Part shown: in pieces, positions 25,636 to 39,059 of the stretch
Layout of the letters: every line of letters begins with the position of its first letter
Position numbering within the stretch: position 1 is the stretch's first letter
From: Mytilus edulis
Lineage: Eukaryota
Reading direction: 5' to 3'
Assembly (NCBI RefSeq): GCF_963676685.1
Contig: NC_092347.1
Span: 70,804,001 to 70,868,000, forward strand
Length of the DNA: 64,000 bases
Notes under the pieces: model-generated
Told to the model about the DNA's origin: nothing
The model's database searches: none
Seen by the model: only the letters and a program-made list of their open reading frames with translations
Program-made: the position numbers and the translations under genes

Positions 25636-28600
25636 TACTTCAAGATATTTTAAATAAATATTATATATTATATGAGATATCTTATATATTACATAAGATA
25701 TTTTATATATCATGAGATAATTTGAAATTCGAATAAATAGCTAAACGGCTTGCCATAGGTTTATATTAGCTGGTACTTGTGGTATATTATGTTTTTGTAA
25801 TAGGCCTCGTTTACCAAAGTTAAGATGATAGTGCATCATATTCATGTACAATTTCCCTGGTCTGAATCTATTAATTTCTTCAATCAGTGTACATTTGAAA
25901 TTAACTTAATATTCATTTTCCGTTTTTACAGGAAAATGATATTATTTCGTCTTAGATTGTATGCATAAAAAATTCCCAATTGATATTCAAGGGACCCATT
26001 TGAAAACACCTGGAATCATCTCTGGGCTTTATAATGTCCTAGATAATGATTGGTTGTTGGTTGTTTAACGTTCAGTGTCAAATATTTCATGCATGTTCAG
26101 AACGAATGTCCAAGGCACTTATAACAAATAACATTTTGTTTATGTCTAAAATAAAATTATAAGTTCAGATGGTAAATGCTATTTTTCTTGAAAAAAATAT
26201 TCTGATTCCCAAATTGATGAATAAAAAAGCATAGGACAAAAAAATATTTTGAATCCAGATCTTTGCCAAAAATGATTTTATCTTTCAGATATGCTAAATA
26301 AATTTAACTTTTATATATCTAAAAACATAAAAACTTCCCAAACCGCACATATGTCAGTCTGTACACAGTATTATTTAGGTGATAATAAGACTGTATTTGC
26401 CAATTTGTTATGGTAAACCTTAATACTAGTGTTAAATTTTGACTAAATAATTTTAAATGATAGCGCTGAAGGGCTTCGGTAAAAAAAAATCTGACTCGAA
26501 TAAAAAAACATTTGTATTTCTGATCATCTTCAGTTTGTGAGTTCTACATCAATATTATGTACTATTAAATTCAGAGTCGGTTTTATGTCATTTCTTGAAT
26601 ATATTTTTTGTTACATGTACATAATGTAGCTTACTTTTCAAGTTCTTATATGACAGCAAAAAAAAAATTGAGAATGGAAATGGAAATACAAGCATGTTAA
26701 ATAAAACACATTTGGTTTCAGACAATAACTTGAGTTAAGTAAATGGATTTCCATGAAATTTTACCAGGAGGTTCATACACAAAACTCAAAAGGAAGATAA
26801 TAATTGATTTTGGGGTTATAGTACATTATTGGGGGTATTTTTTTTTGGGGGGGGGGGGGGGTGGTTCTCTTCCAAAAATTACCTTATTTACATCAATTAT
26901 ACTCATCTAGTACAGATTTGGCAGGAGATGCACTCAAAATAGGGTGTTTTGAACATTTTATCTGTAGTCTGTGCATTTTTCCTATGATGTACATGTTCTT
27001 CTTGATAATGTTGATGTGAGTATCATGATAAAGAAAATATATTTGGTAACGGTAAGTATATATTCACAATTGACATGCACCAGAGCGAGAAAAGGATCTT
27101 CTTTCCCTTAAATTCCAAAAATTGCACATGATTTTTTTTCTCTCACAGAAACACATGAGTTATTTGGTAAATAAAACATTTGTCAATGTTTGAAACTTTC
27201 AGTAATAAAAATTCAGTTTAGCTTGTTTGAATGTTTCACTGATTGTGTGAAAATTTTAACAGCAATGTACAAAACACTTGAATGAATTGCATTATCTGCA
27301 GAATTATTGATAACTTTCCTCACAATAAATTCACAAGGACATAAAACTAACATATTGTCTATGCTATTCTGATCTGAGTTTTATACATACATATACTGGC
27401 ATGGCTGTGCTGTTTCAAGTTGTCTTCTTTTTTTGATTTCTTGAGAAGTATTTGTTTAACCTGTTCAGTCACTATAAAGTGTTACAATTTTTATTTAGAC
27501 GCAACACATTAATAGTGACCAAAAAGGTACTGCTTTCACATGAGAGAAGCTAGAAAAAAATTAAATGAACACATTTTCAATATTTTTGTAGGACTTACTA
27601 TCATATGAAATTAAGGAGATATGTAGTTAGAGACTTCTGCTGAATAGAAATATGTGGGTCTACCTGCTACCTGTTTTCAAATTAGTCCATATTGAAGTTT
27701 AAAGGATCCAAAATTAAAATATGTTTGATTTCAACTGACAAAAAAAAATTGTGTTATTTATATGCTCAATATACATCTGCGGTCGTATCAGGCTGTGCAT
27801 GGCAAAGCATTTTATTGCCTTTAGGTTTGTACTTTTTTGTTTGTTTTGGTCATGAAAATAAATTTGTAGTTCTGTTGTGAAGTTGCTAACATGAGAGTAC
27901 ACAAATTGCACCTATATTGTGAGTTTTTTTCACCAACTTTTTCTATGAACCAGACAAAAGTTTATTCTGTGCTTATTTTTTAGACTATCCTTGTTTACAA
28001 TATAGTTACACGGTCACCAATTTAATTTTTGAGTTCATCCAGAGTCATAGGAGTACCCTGGGGGGTTATCATAAGTTTTGAATTAGTCTGTGGGTTTCAT
28101 GACTTACCGTGATCACATCCAACAGTATAACCAACGTCATTATCACTGTTCGTTGGTATGGGGAATTATGTGGCAGGTGAACATAAGTAGTCATGGTCAA
28201 CCACAACCGGTGCACCGGAGTTTACCCCGCATACCGCATGGCCATTATAAAAAAAAATCCGAAATGTATTACTTGCAGAGTTTTTTACTGTGTTCCTATG
28301 ACTGGACGGAACTTTTACACTAAATATGTTATCGTTTACTATGATTTTGTGACTTTTAAATGCAGTACCTGTGATTATGTAGGTGCTTTGTTTTGACCTC
28401 ACTGATAATGGAATGTTGTAGCAGACGAAACATGGCGTCAGATGGTGTTGTCCTAACTTCGGTAATTTCCGTGGTACGATAAAATTTTAATAAACTACAC
28501 AAGTTACCAAAATTTCTGCATTCTTGTTTTTGCAAACAAATAAAAATTCATGACGTATTTAACATCGAAATTATTCCGATCTGTCCCGTTTTTTCAGGAT

Positions 28601-30430
28601 CGCGTTGGAACGAGAATTTTGGCAGCCATTAAAAAAAAAATCGTACGAGATTTAACGAGAGTGACGAAACTTTTCAGATGGGTCGTCTAGCAAGAGTTAT
28701 CGTTCTTTGTCCCAAAACGATGCTTCTACCATAAGTGCCAGCATAGCTGGCATATTATATATGTTTACTGTCTGTGTATGTCATACAATGATAAAGTATT
28801 GATAGCTTATTGCATGGTATGGGTTTTGCTGATTGTTAAAGTTCTTATTGTGACTTATTCTTGCATCCATTCTTTTAGATCTCAAGTAGATAGTACTCTC
28901 ATTAGCAATCAAATACATTCATCTCAATCACATACATATGCATTACGTGCCTCTGTTATGGGCCGGGATTCAATGCTTAATTTTAATTGTTTTTGAGGAA
29001 GATTTTGTATAAGATTGGATAAAAGCATTGCATTATTGTTACTGAATTACAAGCTAAAATGAAAAAAATCTTTAAAACTATTTGTATTATTTTACGAGTC
29101 TTCTTAAAGCTCTGTCATCAACAAGACTTCCATAAAGACATGGTCATATAAAGGGACTAAATAAATCGTCTTTCGAAACATAGTCCTCTCATTTCTTAAT
29201 AAAAAAGTTCAAGTAAAAACCATTTACCACAGTTACAGCTGAAACTGCAACTATTTTATCTCTTATTTTGTTTTATTGTCACGTTACGCACGGTATTGCG
29301 TCGCAAGGCGTAACATGTATAATTGACATTTTTGACGCCGTATACTCTGACATTTTCTTATCAAATTAGATTTCTGCTGTTTTAAAAAAAACCCATTGCT
29401 GAGTACCTACTCGACCGATTTTTATAAAATAAATATCATAAGATGAATAGAATAGATATTTCAAAATTTATTAAACATTAACAGTTATGGTATTTATTTC
29501 ATAATATAATTAGGATGGTTATCCAACGAAAGGATTAAATCATGCCTGTTGTAAGCCCTATGGTCCTCAACCTCATTCTTAACTTTTTTATTTGAGCGTC
29601 ACTGATGAGTGTTTCGCAGACAACACGCGCGTCTGGCGCAAATACAAAATTTTTATCTTGGTATATATGATTATTTTATTTATTATAAATTATATACATG
29701 TACATGTACTGCTACATATCTGGTTTATAATAATGATACAAAATGTGCAAAATCTAATAGAAGGTGTTCATCTTAGATAACGTAAAAAGAAAGAAAAATG
29801 AAATTATTAATAATCTTAACAATCAATAGAGAACAATACCAAATTAAACATAAAGAAGAAACAATGATTTCCATAAACATTTTGTTTGAAAAGTTAAAGT
29901 AAAATGATGAAGTTAAAAAAATGAATTACAATTTTTATTAGAATAAAACAAGATAAAATATATAATTAAGCCAATTAACTATAAAATTGATAGAGATGTC
30001 GTAAACTGTTCTTGAGATAGAAATGTCAAGATACATGCTGAGCAACAAGAAAGAACTTTCAAAAATTTTGTAGACAAGAAAATTTATTTTCAGAAACTGT
30101 TATAAAAGTGTCATTAGAGATCGTTCTCCTGACAGTGTCTTACATTTTTTTTAAGAAGGTTAGAATTGATAAATATTGTTTGTTTGTTTATTTCCGGAAA
30201 ATAGAATAAACAAAATGGACTTTTAAGAAAATATATAACTGCATTATCCATTTTCCAAAGCTGTAAATTGAAAACTATCAAAATCTTAATGTGCAAGCTT
30301 TAAAAAAAATCAATCGTTAACACACAGAGACGTATAAATGACATCAAAACCACTATGACACTACATTTCTCAATATATAAATAATGAAAACGAAGAAACA
30401 TGCATTTTGAAAAGTTTAAAGTTTGCAGAT

Positions 30431-30543
30431 TTATTCGTCATAAATAAACTTTACATTGTATCCTTTCATTTCTTTATCATAAAATTGATCAAATTGTTCG
30501 CTCTGATATACTGTAAACCAGTTTTTCCAGTCACCAATAATAC
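30431..30543 (-). CDS. SULT copy B exon 6 (terminal)
   Basis: GIIGDWKNWFTVYQSEQFDQFYDKEMKGYNVKFIYDE*. Confidence 0.88.
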
Positions 30544-32092
30544 CTAAAAATATAGATGATTGTACATGGAGTTAGTTTTAACATGTGGCCTACTGATAAA
30601 CATTTATTTCGATGCACTTACCCGAAGAACTTTCAGCCATCATTAAGAGACATATCAGCAAAGAGTTTTATGCATTTGAATAATAATGATTTTATGGTAC
30701 AGTTGTATTTGTTCCATGTATCTTTTTGTCTAGTACAAGTAAAGCTTTAAATGAAAAACATGAGAATTTCAATCTTTAATCGAATTGATTAAACAATTCA
30801 TGATGACAAAGGGAAAACACCCAAGATACGATTATGACAAACATTCAGGTGTTTAGTTAGATTATTGGAGTCACGGTGCAAGGTGTCAACTAATATCAAC
30901 ATATCACATCTAGCATTAAAAAAATTGCTTTTCGTCGCCAGTAAACAACTGCCTAAACGATGATCAAACCCTTAAATACCGATGAGTATTCATCAAACAC
31001 AGTCCTATCATTTCTTAATAGTTAAAATTAAGAAAACCAACAGACATAAACATAAAGTATCATAAATAAAACTTCATGTTTCTTTTAAAATCATTCATTA
31101 TAAATACTTTTAAACTGTACCACAATATACAACTACGCATCAACAGTTTATTGTTTACGAAATGTACAGCGTATTTTACCAGTCTTTTCTTTAAACTAGC
31201 ATATATACATCTCAACTCAATGGCAACTTAGCTTGTCTTTAAACCAGTTTATCATATAACATGTTCTCTTCCTAAAACGCATAAAGTATTTTATATTTAA
31301 CGATAAACACCAAGTCTCTCATCAAGCAATCTTTATTGATTTTGAATTACTACTACAATACTATGTATCATATGCTACCATGGTTTCCCAAAAGATGATA
31401 TAAACGAAGTATAATTTGATTTTAGCGTCAGGTAATTTCAATATATAATTCAACATAAAACATAACATAATCAATCACACTTAAGGTATTAATTGAAGAT
31501 GACCAATGTAATATTTTCTGCCATTATTGCAGAGGATGTATATATATTTGACTTGTCATGCATTATTTGTATACTAAATAATCTAAATTACCCCTTAAAG
31601 TAATAAAACAGTTTAGGCTCATTTGAGTCAGTATGCGAAATTGATTTTTCATAGGCGGTAATGATAAAGTTTTCTTCAGCAGCACATACCATATCGTAAA
31701 CTTGGATATGCATGATGACTCATTTCGAAGCTGAGACATTTTCACTTTTGCTGTTTAATTATCGGGGTATGTAAATTAGCAAATCCCTAAAAATGCTTTC
31801 GTGATGCGGATCCTGATTGTAAAAAAAATTACATTTTTCCAGACAATAAGATCTTTAAAAATTTAAGAAATCAAAAGTTTTCACACATTTATTTTATGGT
31901 TTTTCTACTTTTCAAAATCAGCAAAAATAGTTAAACTCAGTCATTTTTTAAACAAAGAAACATGTCCAATATCACTAAACAGTGATTTTAATGTATACGT
32001 ACAATTTTTGTGTTCCTCAAGTTGAGGTGCATGAAGATGTAATACCGACAAATCATAGTACGTCACATCCGGATGATTACGAAAATAAGTCA

Positions 32093-32756
32093 AACAAGAA
32101 TGTTTCCACAGTACACGGATGCCCCACTCGCACTATCATTTTCTATGTTTAGTGGACCATGAAATTGGACTAAATTCTCTAATTTGGCATTAAAATTAGA
32201 ATGATCTTATCAAAGGGAACATGTATACTAAGTTTCAAGTTGATTGGACTTCTACTTTATCAAAAACTACCTTGACCAAAAACTTTAACCTGAAATTTGC
32301 ACTATCATTTTCTATGTTCAGTGAACCGTAAAATTGGGGTCAAAACTATAAATTGGCATTTAAATTAGAAAGATCATATCATAGGGCACATGTATACTAA
32401 GTTTCAAGTTGATTGGACTTCAACTTCATCAAAAACTACCTTGACCAAAAACTTTAACCTGAAATTTGCACTATCATTTTCTATGTTCAGTGAACCGTAA
32501 AATTGGGGTCAAAACTATAATTTGGCATTTAAATTAGAAGATCGTATCATAGGGCACATGTATACTAAGTTTCAAGTTGATTGGACTTCAAATTCATCAA
32601 AAACTACCTTGACCAAAAACTTTAACCTGAAGCGGGACAGACGGACGAACGAACGAACAGACAGACAGACAGACAGACAGACAGACGGACGGACGAACGG
32701 ACGCACAGACCAGAAAACATAATGCCCCTCTACTATCGTAGGTGGGGCATAAAAAT
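32093..32756. mobile_element. Non-autonomous Helentron (HINE-like) with ~180-bp tandem core repeats and (GACA/GACG)n microsatellite
   Basis: Left end AACAAGA..GATGCCCC, ~2.8 near-identical 180-bp units (32130-32630), microsatellite 32635-32710, terminal palindrome ATGCCCC..GGGGCAT-AAAA. Partial copy at ~42303-42478. Confidence 0.8.
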
Positions 32757-33559
32757 ATATTCCCTTTAATTTGACAGTTTTAGGTAACAAATCCTAAATT
32801 TGATTGCAGTGAAACATTTCTGGATCATAAACATATCTCATAAGTATTTCAAAGCACCATTATTTTTTTATTTGGGATTTCTATGGGATATTTTTGAATA
32901 TTGGTGTTACGTGATTACTTAAGCTTGTACACAGGATAAAAAAAATCTGATTTGTTAACTCCCAGAGATGATCATCTTCTTCTATGCAATGTATTTTTTT
33001 TCAATAGTATTGTACAGGATAAAACTTTACTCATGCCCAGTATTACTTCATTTGAAACACAGATAAATACTGCACATTGTTTTGAAAATTGCAAAATTGA
33101 AAATTAACAAAGACTAATAGCGGAAATAAACGGTGATATCACACATTAAAGGGATATTGACCCATTTACATGTAGACCGCAACCATATCAATTACTCTTC
33201 CATTATTTTATGTTTCTAGTTATTCTACTGGCCGAATAAAATATAATAAATCTGTTATTTTGCATTAGTTTATACATAAGCAAAATGTTACCAGTAAAAT
33301 TGATCTGTATTTAAAAGTGATAATTTTATGTTTTATTTATATTGTATAAATTTGAAAGTCGGTAAAAAGAAAATCGTTTTCATAGACATTTTCCATGTCC
33401 CTTTCCAGAGTCAGAAGTCTGTAGTTCAATATTTTTAGTATTTTGTGATAGATAAGGCTGTTAGTTCTTTCGTACAATTTGTTTAACATTGACCATGTTG
33501 GGGCCTTTTAGCATAAATATTAAAAGAATCCTTTTACAAATCATATTGTTGCGATTGGT

Positions 33560-33955
33560 ATTCTACACGTACGTCCACTTGTATTTTTGTCCATCTGATG
33601 AGTTAAGTTTTTTTCAACTGTTTTTTTTTATAGTTCGTTCTTATGTTGTACTGTTATACCACTGTCCCAGGTTAGGGGAGGGTTGGTATCCCACTAACAT
33701 GTTTAACCCCGCCACATTATTTATGTATGTGCCTGTCCCAAGTCAGGAGCCTGTAATTCAGTGGTTGTCGTTTGTTTATGTGCTACATATTTGTTTTTCG
33801 TTCATTGTTTTTTACATAAATAAGGCCATTAGTTTTCTCGTTTGAATTGTTTTACATTGTCTTATCGGGGCCTTTTATAGCTGAATATGCGGTATGGGCT
33901 TTGCTCATTGTGAATAGTTGTCTCATTGGCATTCATACCACATCTTCTTTTTTAT
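33560..33955 (+). repeat. SINE-like interspersed repeat
   Basis: Highly similar to 62540-63000 and 15469-15737. Confidence 0.75.
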
Positions 33956-34174
33956 ACAGACTAAATATTCACCTCGCCTTCTCGTTCATTATTGTTTTTT
34001 ATTATTCATTCCATTCATCTAGCAAATATCATTTTGTTAATATCTGGTTTTCGATTACTACTATTTTAGCAAGATATTTTTCTCTTTTGTGGCTATGTTT
34101 GAAGGAAACTTGCATACGTTCTAAAATTAAGAATTATCTATTGTTACAATATAAATACCAGTATATACACTTGC

Positions 34175-34343
34175 CTTTACGCCATAATGTAGAATTTCCC
34201 TCAGGATCCAAGTCTCGGGATTCGTCAATTTTATTATCTTTCAAATTATCAAACGCGCACTTGTCGAATATGTCTTTGATTAACTCATCAGAAATATTTA
34301 CGTCTAGGAAATTCGCCATTTTCCTCCCTGTTTGGATAGGAAT
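34175..34343 (-). CDS. SULT copy B exon 5
   Basis: IPIQTGRKMANFLD..DKCAFDNLK..STLWRKG|gcaagt; 169 nt as in copy C. Confidence 0.85.
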
Positions 34344-35525
34344 CTGTAGAATAAATTACTTACATTTAAGTATTGTATGTTGCAAGAATGAAACTGAGAC
34401 AATTATAACACAGAGACAAAAGAATGAAACTTTAAATAACTGAAAACCAGAAGGCTTCAGCTATGAGTTAAACCCAAGTAAAGCTATAAATGAACCGGAA
34501 TAGATTTTTAACAGTGGACGCAGATGTCATGCTGATATAAACAATATCAACCACTAACTATATTTTACGAAAGCTTCTTTAGTTAGTAAACGAATAAGTC
34601 TTGTATATGAAACATTTATGGTCCTGTTTGTTAATCGTTTAAGTTTTCTTCATGTAACCAGCAAACCTCCCTTACATAAATCGTAATAAAACCTTTTTGT
34701 TTATTGTATCAACTGGGAGTCATATACTCTATATGCACGTTTTCTTGAATTATTGATTCATAACGATAGAAAATAACAATCGCATGGGAAATTGTAATGT
34801 ATTATTTGTCGGATAATTTTTAATGAGTCAATATCGATGTAAAGATTGAGTCAAGGTACAAATATGGACATAAGCTATCACTAGTTTCCTTTAAGATATC
34901 AACAAATGATGCATTATAGACAACAAACTCCGGTAATATGATATCGTATGCAAAGCTGATGGTTTCAATAGAGATGACATATAAAACACCTGGTCAATCA
35001 GAAATATAAAAAATATAGAAAATGAGCCATACGACTATAGAGTGTGGGTTTTCTCATTGTTGAAGGCCGTATGGGTTTGTACAATTGCCTACATTCACTT
35101 TATTAGCATTTTGGTTTATAGTTATGTAAATGGCAAACATATCCAAATCTTCTTATTTTTTCATATAAATTATGTTATAAATTAAAAACTTGGGTTGAAT
35201 AAGAGTAATTTTTACAAGATATTATCTGACAAGTAAATAATAAAAAAAAACAACCTCGAGGAAATTTCAGAACAGAAAGTCAATAATCAAAAGGCAAAAT
35301 CAAAAGTTCAAACACATCAAACAAATGGATAACAACTGTCATATTCTTAACCTGGTACAGGCATTTTCTTCTGTAGATAAAGGTGGCTAAACATGGTTTT
35401 ATAGCTAGCTAAACCTCCCTCTTGTTTGACAGTCACTCAAAATCCAACGATGTGTGAACTAAACGAACAGACATGATAGGTAAAAATGGCAAAAATAAGA
35501 GAACAGCAGTCTGAAAGGCACTTAC

Positions 35526-35629
35526 CAATTTCAAGTCCTCAAACGTGACGGATAGAACATTGGCTGTCTTGTTCTATATTGCCTTCTCAAATTCTCTGGT
35601 AAAGTAAAACCATCCGCCATACAAATCAT
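35526..35629 (-). CDS. SULT copy B exon 4 (contains in-frame stop)
   Basis: DDLYGGWFYFTREFEKAI*NKTANVLSVTFEDLKL; 104 nt, AG/GT bounded. Confidence 0.85.
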
Positions 35630-35922
35630 CTACAACAAATGAGAAAAATACGTCATACTTTATGAAGCAGTTTCTGCCAGTTTTGCCAGCAGTACCTTGT
35701 ACGTGTATATATATATTCATCCCTGACAACCTTTCAACTATATTGACTGTTTGTCTCGTCATTATTACAAACGGTCTTAGTTTTTTAAAAGAGTTTAGTC
35801 GATCCCTTAAAAGTGAACTATTAAATTGAGAAAAAAAAAAGGATTTTCCGTTTTGAATATTGGTTAAGATTATTTAATCCATTACAAATTTGAATGACGA
35901 TTATGTAAAAGATTTAACATAC

Positions 35923-36243
35923 CCTTGAGTATAAAATTGTCGAAAAATTCATTCCATGTCCACACAGGAACTCCCTCCTTTCCCTGAAGAAAGACATACA
36001 GTGATACAGCCCTATCTTTGGGATTCCTGTTTAGATATATGATCTTGTTTCTATTTTCGATGATCTTCTTTGGAAGAAAACTAAGCGGTAAGTGAGTATG
36101 AAAAAGTCTCGGATCATTCTCTTCTTCCAAGTCGTCCCAATCTGTTTGACATTCGAAGTTAAACTTGGCCAATACACCAAACGTATTATACTCTGTTGTC
36201 TGGTGTAAAAGCATTGAAATAATTTCGTGAGCCCAGTGTGTAC
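35923..36243 (-). CDS. SULT copy B exon 3
   Basis: GTHWAHEIISML..PRLFHTHLP..IIYLNRNPKDRAVSLY; 321 nt. Confidence 0.9.
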
Positions 36244-37229
36244 CTTAAAAGAAAGCAGGAAAAATAAATGTTAAGAATTCATTACTTCTTCTTAATGTAC
36301 AAAATATCTACAAATGTTGATTCAGAATCTTTGGCTAAAATGACTATGCTAACACTATAAAATTAATTGTTAGCGCAGACCAACATTTGCATCTGTAAAC
36401 ATTTTTAACGAATAGCATGCCCTAGATATATCAATTTCAAAACGTTGAATATTTCTTAAAATTAAGAACTTATAGGGGTTTAACTGTACGTTTCACTGCA
36501 AAGGAAGTAAAAAAATTCAAAGTTTTGAACATTTTTCTAGAAGTTCCCGTTGTGTAATAATCAAGTAAACCTTTATAAATGGCAAGGACAATGGAGAGAT
36601 AATAGATATCTGACAACAATAAAGGTAGGACAAGTTATAACATTTTCTAAGTATCTGATACGTTCATATATACGCATCTATGGAGATATGTGTCATTTAA
36701 TACCCTGCTTCGGAGTATTACTCGATGAACTATTTTCAAAAAATGGCGGGGATCAAAGTTTGTTACCAGAACTTATTAAAATGCATGTTTATAATATGTT
36801 TGAACGCCTAGCTTAATTATCGGGCCATAGTGATTATTTCGTTTGTTTCAATGTTGTCCAATAATCCCAATTTCCATTCTCAATATAAAGCCTTGAGTAG
36901 TAAATATTGGCTTGATCCAATATAATCCCATTTTCTATTTGATGCATGCGCAAATGAAACAATAAATTGCTCTGTACGCATTTTATCCCTGTACTCTTAC
37001 ATTTGACATTTATGCAGTTATAGTGTAATAGGTAGGGGATTGATGCATGCAGTGCTAGCAATGCTTTTTCTTAAGCAAGTTTTTAAATAAAGGTTTCTGT
37101 TAAAACAATTACAAATAGAACTCATTCATGTACATCTTCTAATCTTTCAGTGATTTTAACTACGATTTAAGAACTTACACCTTTTGTAATAAAATATATG
37201 AAAATAGTGGAATTAACTTTTTGAAGTGT

Positions 37230-37925
37230 AAAAATTGCAATGAATGTTTTAGATAAATAACGTGCTCTTGATGGTTCTTTTGAATCTATTGGCAGTATAC
37301 TGCTTAATACTTTATACTACACCTCTCTACAATCTTATCAAACTAAAGCGTGCCTGTTTAACTAGATGGTCGTTTTGTAAATCTGAATGCGAAGTTATTT
37401 AAAGCCTTCTTCTCTAATGATAATTGTTATTATGGTAAGCATACTTACTAGAGGTGTGATGAGATGATTGGTGCTGGTTATTTTCTCCTTGATAATATGT
37501 TTGTAATTTTCGGCAATATACATTATCGAGAGGTTGTAAGTATTCTAATGGGCATCAATTGTGCCCCTTTGATACCAGACGTGTTCTTAAATTGTTTTGA
37601 ATCACAGTTTATGACCAAACCCAGAAAAGATCCATTTTCATCGCATTTAAATGATAAATTCAACAAAACTAACTTTTATCTAGAGGATAATTTTTTCGAA
37701 AATTTTATAAACATACTTCCGAAATTTCCCAAAGTATTTTACCTTAAATAAAACAAATGTAAACGGTAATAACTGTCCTTTTCTAGATTTAACTATTTCA
37801 ACTTTACACTGGATACTCTTCACTATAATTTACAACCAATTGTACGATTTTTTGTTCCCAATTGTTAATTTTCTTATGGTGCATATATACCACATCTCGT
37901 TCGCTATGGCCATGCCTGTTGGGAT
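37230..37925 (+). mobile_element. Highly decayed Penelope-like RT fragment
   Basis: FLLDNMFVIFG..YREVVSILMGINCAPLIPDVFL..YLED (ORF 37464-37751), followed by CPFLDL-like and YGAYI-like remnants. Confidence 0.6.
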
Positions 37926-38093
37926 GTTTTTTTTGTCTCTTTTGTCGTAAATTTTAGTATGGAGTTTCCCTTTAGAAATTGAAATGTCTAAATCTAGAAA
38001 AGGACAACTTCTGCTGTTTATGTTAGAATTTAGTTAAACACTTAATTTATAGTGTTTGTTATCTTTACTTAAACATTTATTAATTTTCCAAAC

Positions 38094-38248
38094 CTGATTT
38101 CATGGATGAACACAGTATTACATCTGTTTCTCTTGAATTAAAGTTTTCTATTGACTGAATTACTTTTGCTCCGTCTTGTTTTATTGCAGGTGTAGATAGT
38201 ATTGTTATTTTTCCATATCGGTAAAATGGATAAACTGCAATAGGGTTT
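38094..38248 (-). CDS. SULT copy B exon 2
   Basis: NPIAVYPFYRYG..NFNSRETDVILCSSMKSG; 155 nt. Confidence 0.85.
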
Positions 38249-39059
38249 CTGCAAAGAAAGTGCTTAAAGTATAGTATCTTCAGAGCATGTAATAGTATGA
38301 AAACTTGACTTAAATTTGAAATGCAAATATTTGAATTTTGATCATTATCAACATCATCATCAAGAGAAGTCAACAAATTACCAGCTAGAATCGTAGTTAA
38401 CTTTAGGAATCAACTAGTTCGGTAAGCAGCACATGTAAATAAGTTTATACCTATCATTTCAAACATACCGGACCCTTTTTTCATGTATTTTCGTCAATTT
38501 TATATGATAAACTAACCATGGTTCCTCCGTATATACGTCAAATGAAACTGTGAGCTAAGTTTGGTCCACATTGACAATCTAGAAGGTTGTATTGGCACGA
38601 AAAGAAATTAAATCGTAGAAAATTGACAACACCACGACTACAAATGATTGTTGGTTACTTAACGTCCAAGAACAACAATGTATCAAACAAATAACCAAAA
38701 GATAAAGAATAAAGCAGAACGAATTTCATCAAAATGAGGAGGTGACGTCAGGTTCTACAAGAAGGGTAAACAGTCGCGAATATAATCACGTGTAATAAGA
38801 TACACTCGGTGATGAAAAAACCAAGGAAGATACATTCAGTGATGTGTTACAACCAAGGAAAGGAGGAAGAAATCGTAACAACAACAACTTATTTTGTACA
38901 CCAAATTGTGATGGAGAATGCAAAAGACTTCAACTGAGTCATTATAAACCCTTGGTTCCTTTGGTTATTTTTTTTTTTTGGTTAATTTTCAATTATTAGA
39001 TGGAAATTTGTTCGACTTTGAAATATTGTGAATTGAAACAGCGAACTGACAATCTTTAA

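Larger units (their letters stand above)
22358..25757. mobile_element. TIR element with AGATATCTTATA minisatellite
   Basis: TIRs TATGGCAAGCCGT..GCTATTT / AAATAGC..ACGGCTTGCCATA; internal AGATATCTTATA array at ~22395-22920 and 25640-25720. Confidence 0.7.
20614..28755. mobile_element. Large composite Helentron-like insertion with nested elements
   Basis: Splits the relic SULT intron 5, whose homology to copy C resumes at ~28760. Left end is a small stem-loop plus ATGCCAGCT; right end is the palindrome TGCCAGC-ATA-GCTGGCAT. Same end architecture as 32093-32756. Confidence 0.55.

Noticed and set aside
33489-34443. Plus-strand ORFs of 118 and 198 aa
   Set aside because: They overlap a SINE-like repeat and the antisense of SULT exon 5; low-complexity hydrophobic translation with no domain.
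35574-35576. Recoding (selenocysteine or programmed readthrough) of the stop in copy B
   Set aside because: The codon is TAG rather than TGA, it falls at a variable position (V in C, S in A), and no readthrough context is evident.
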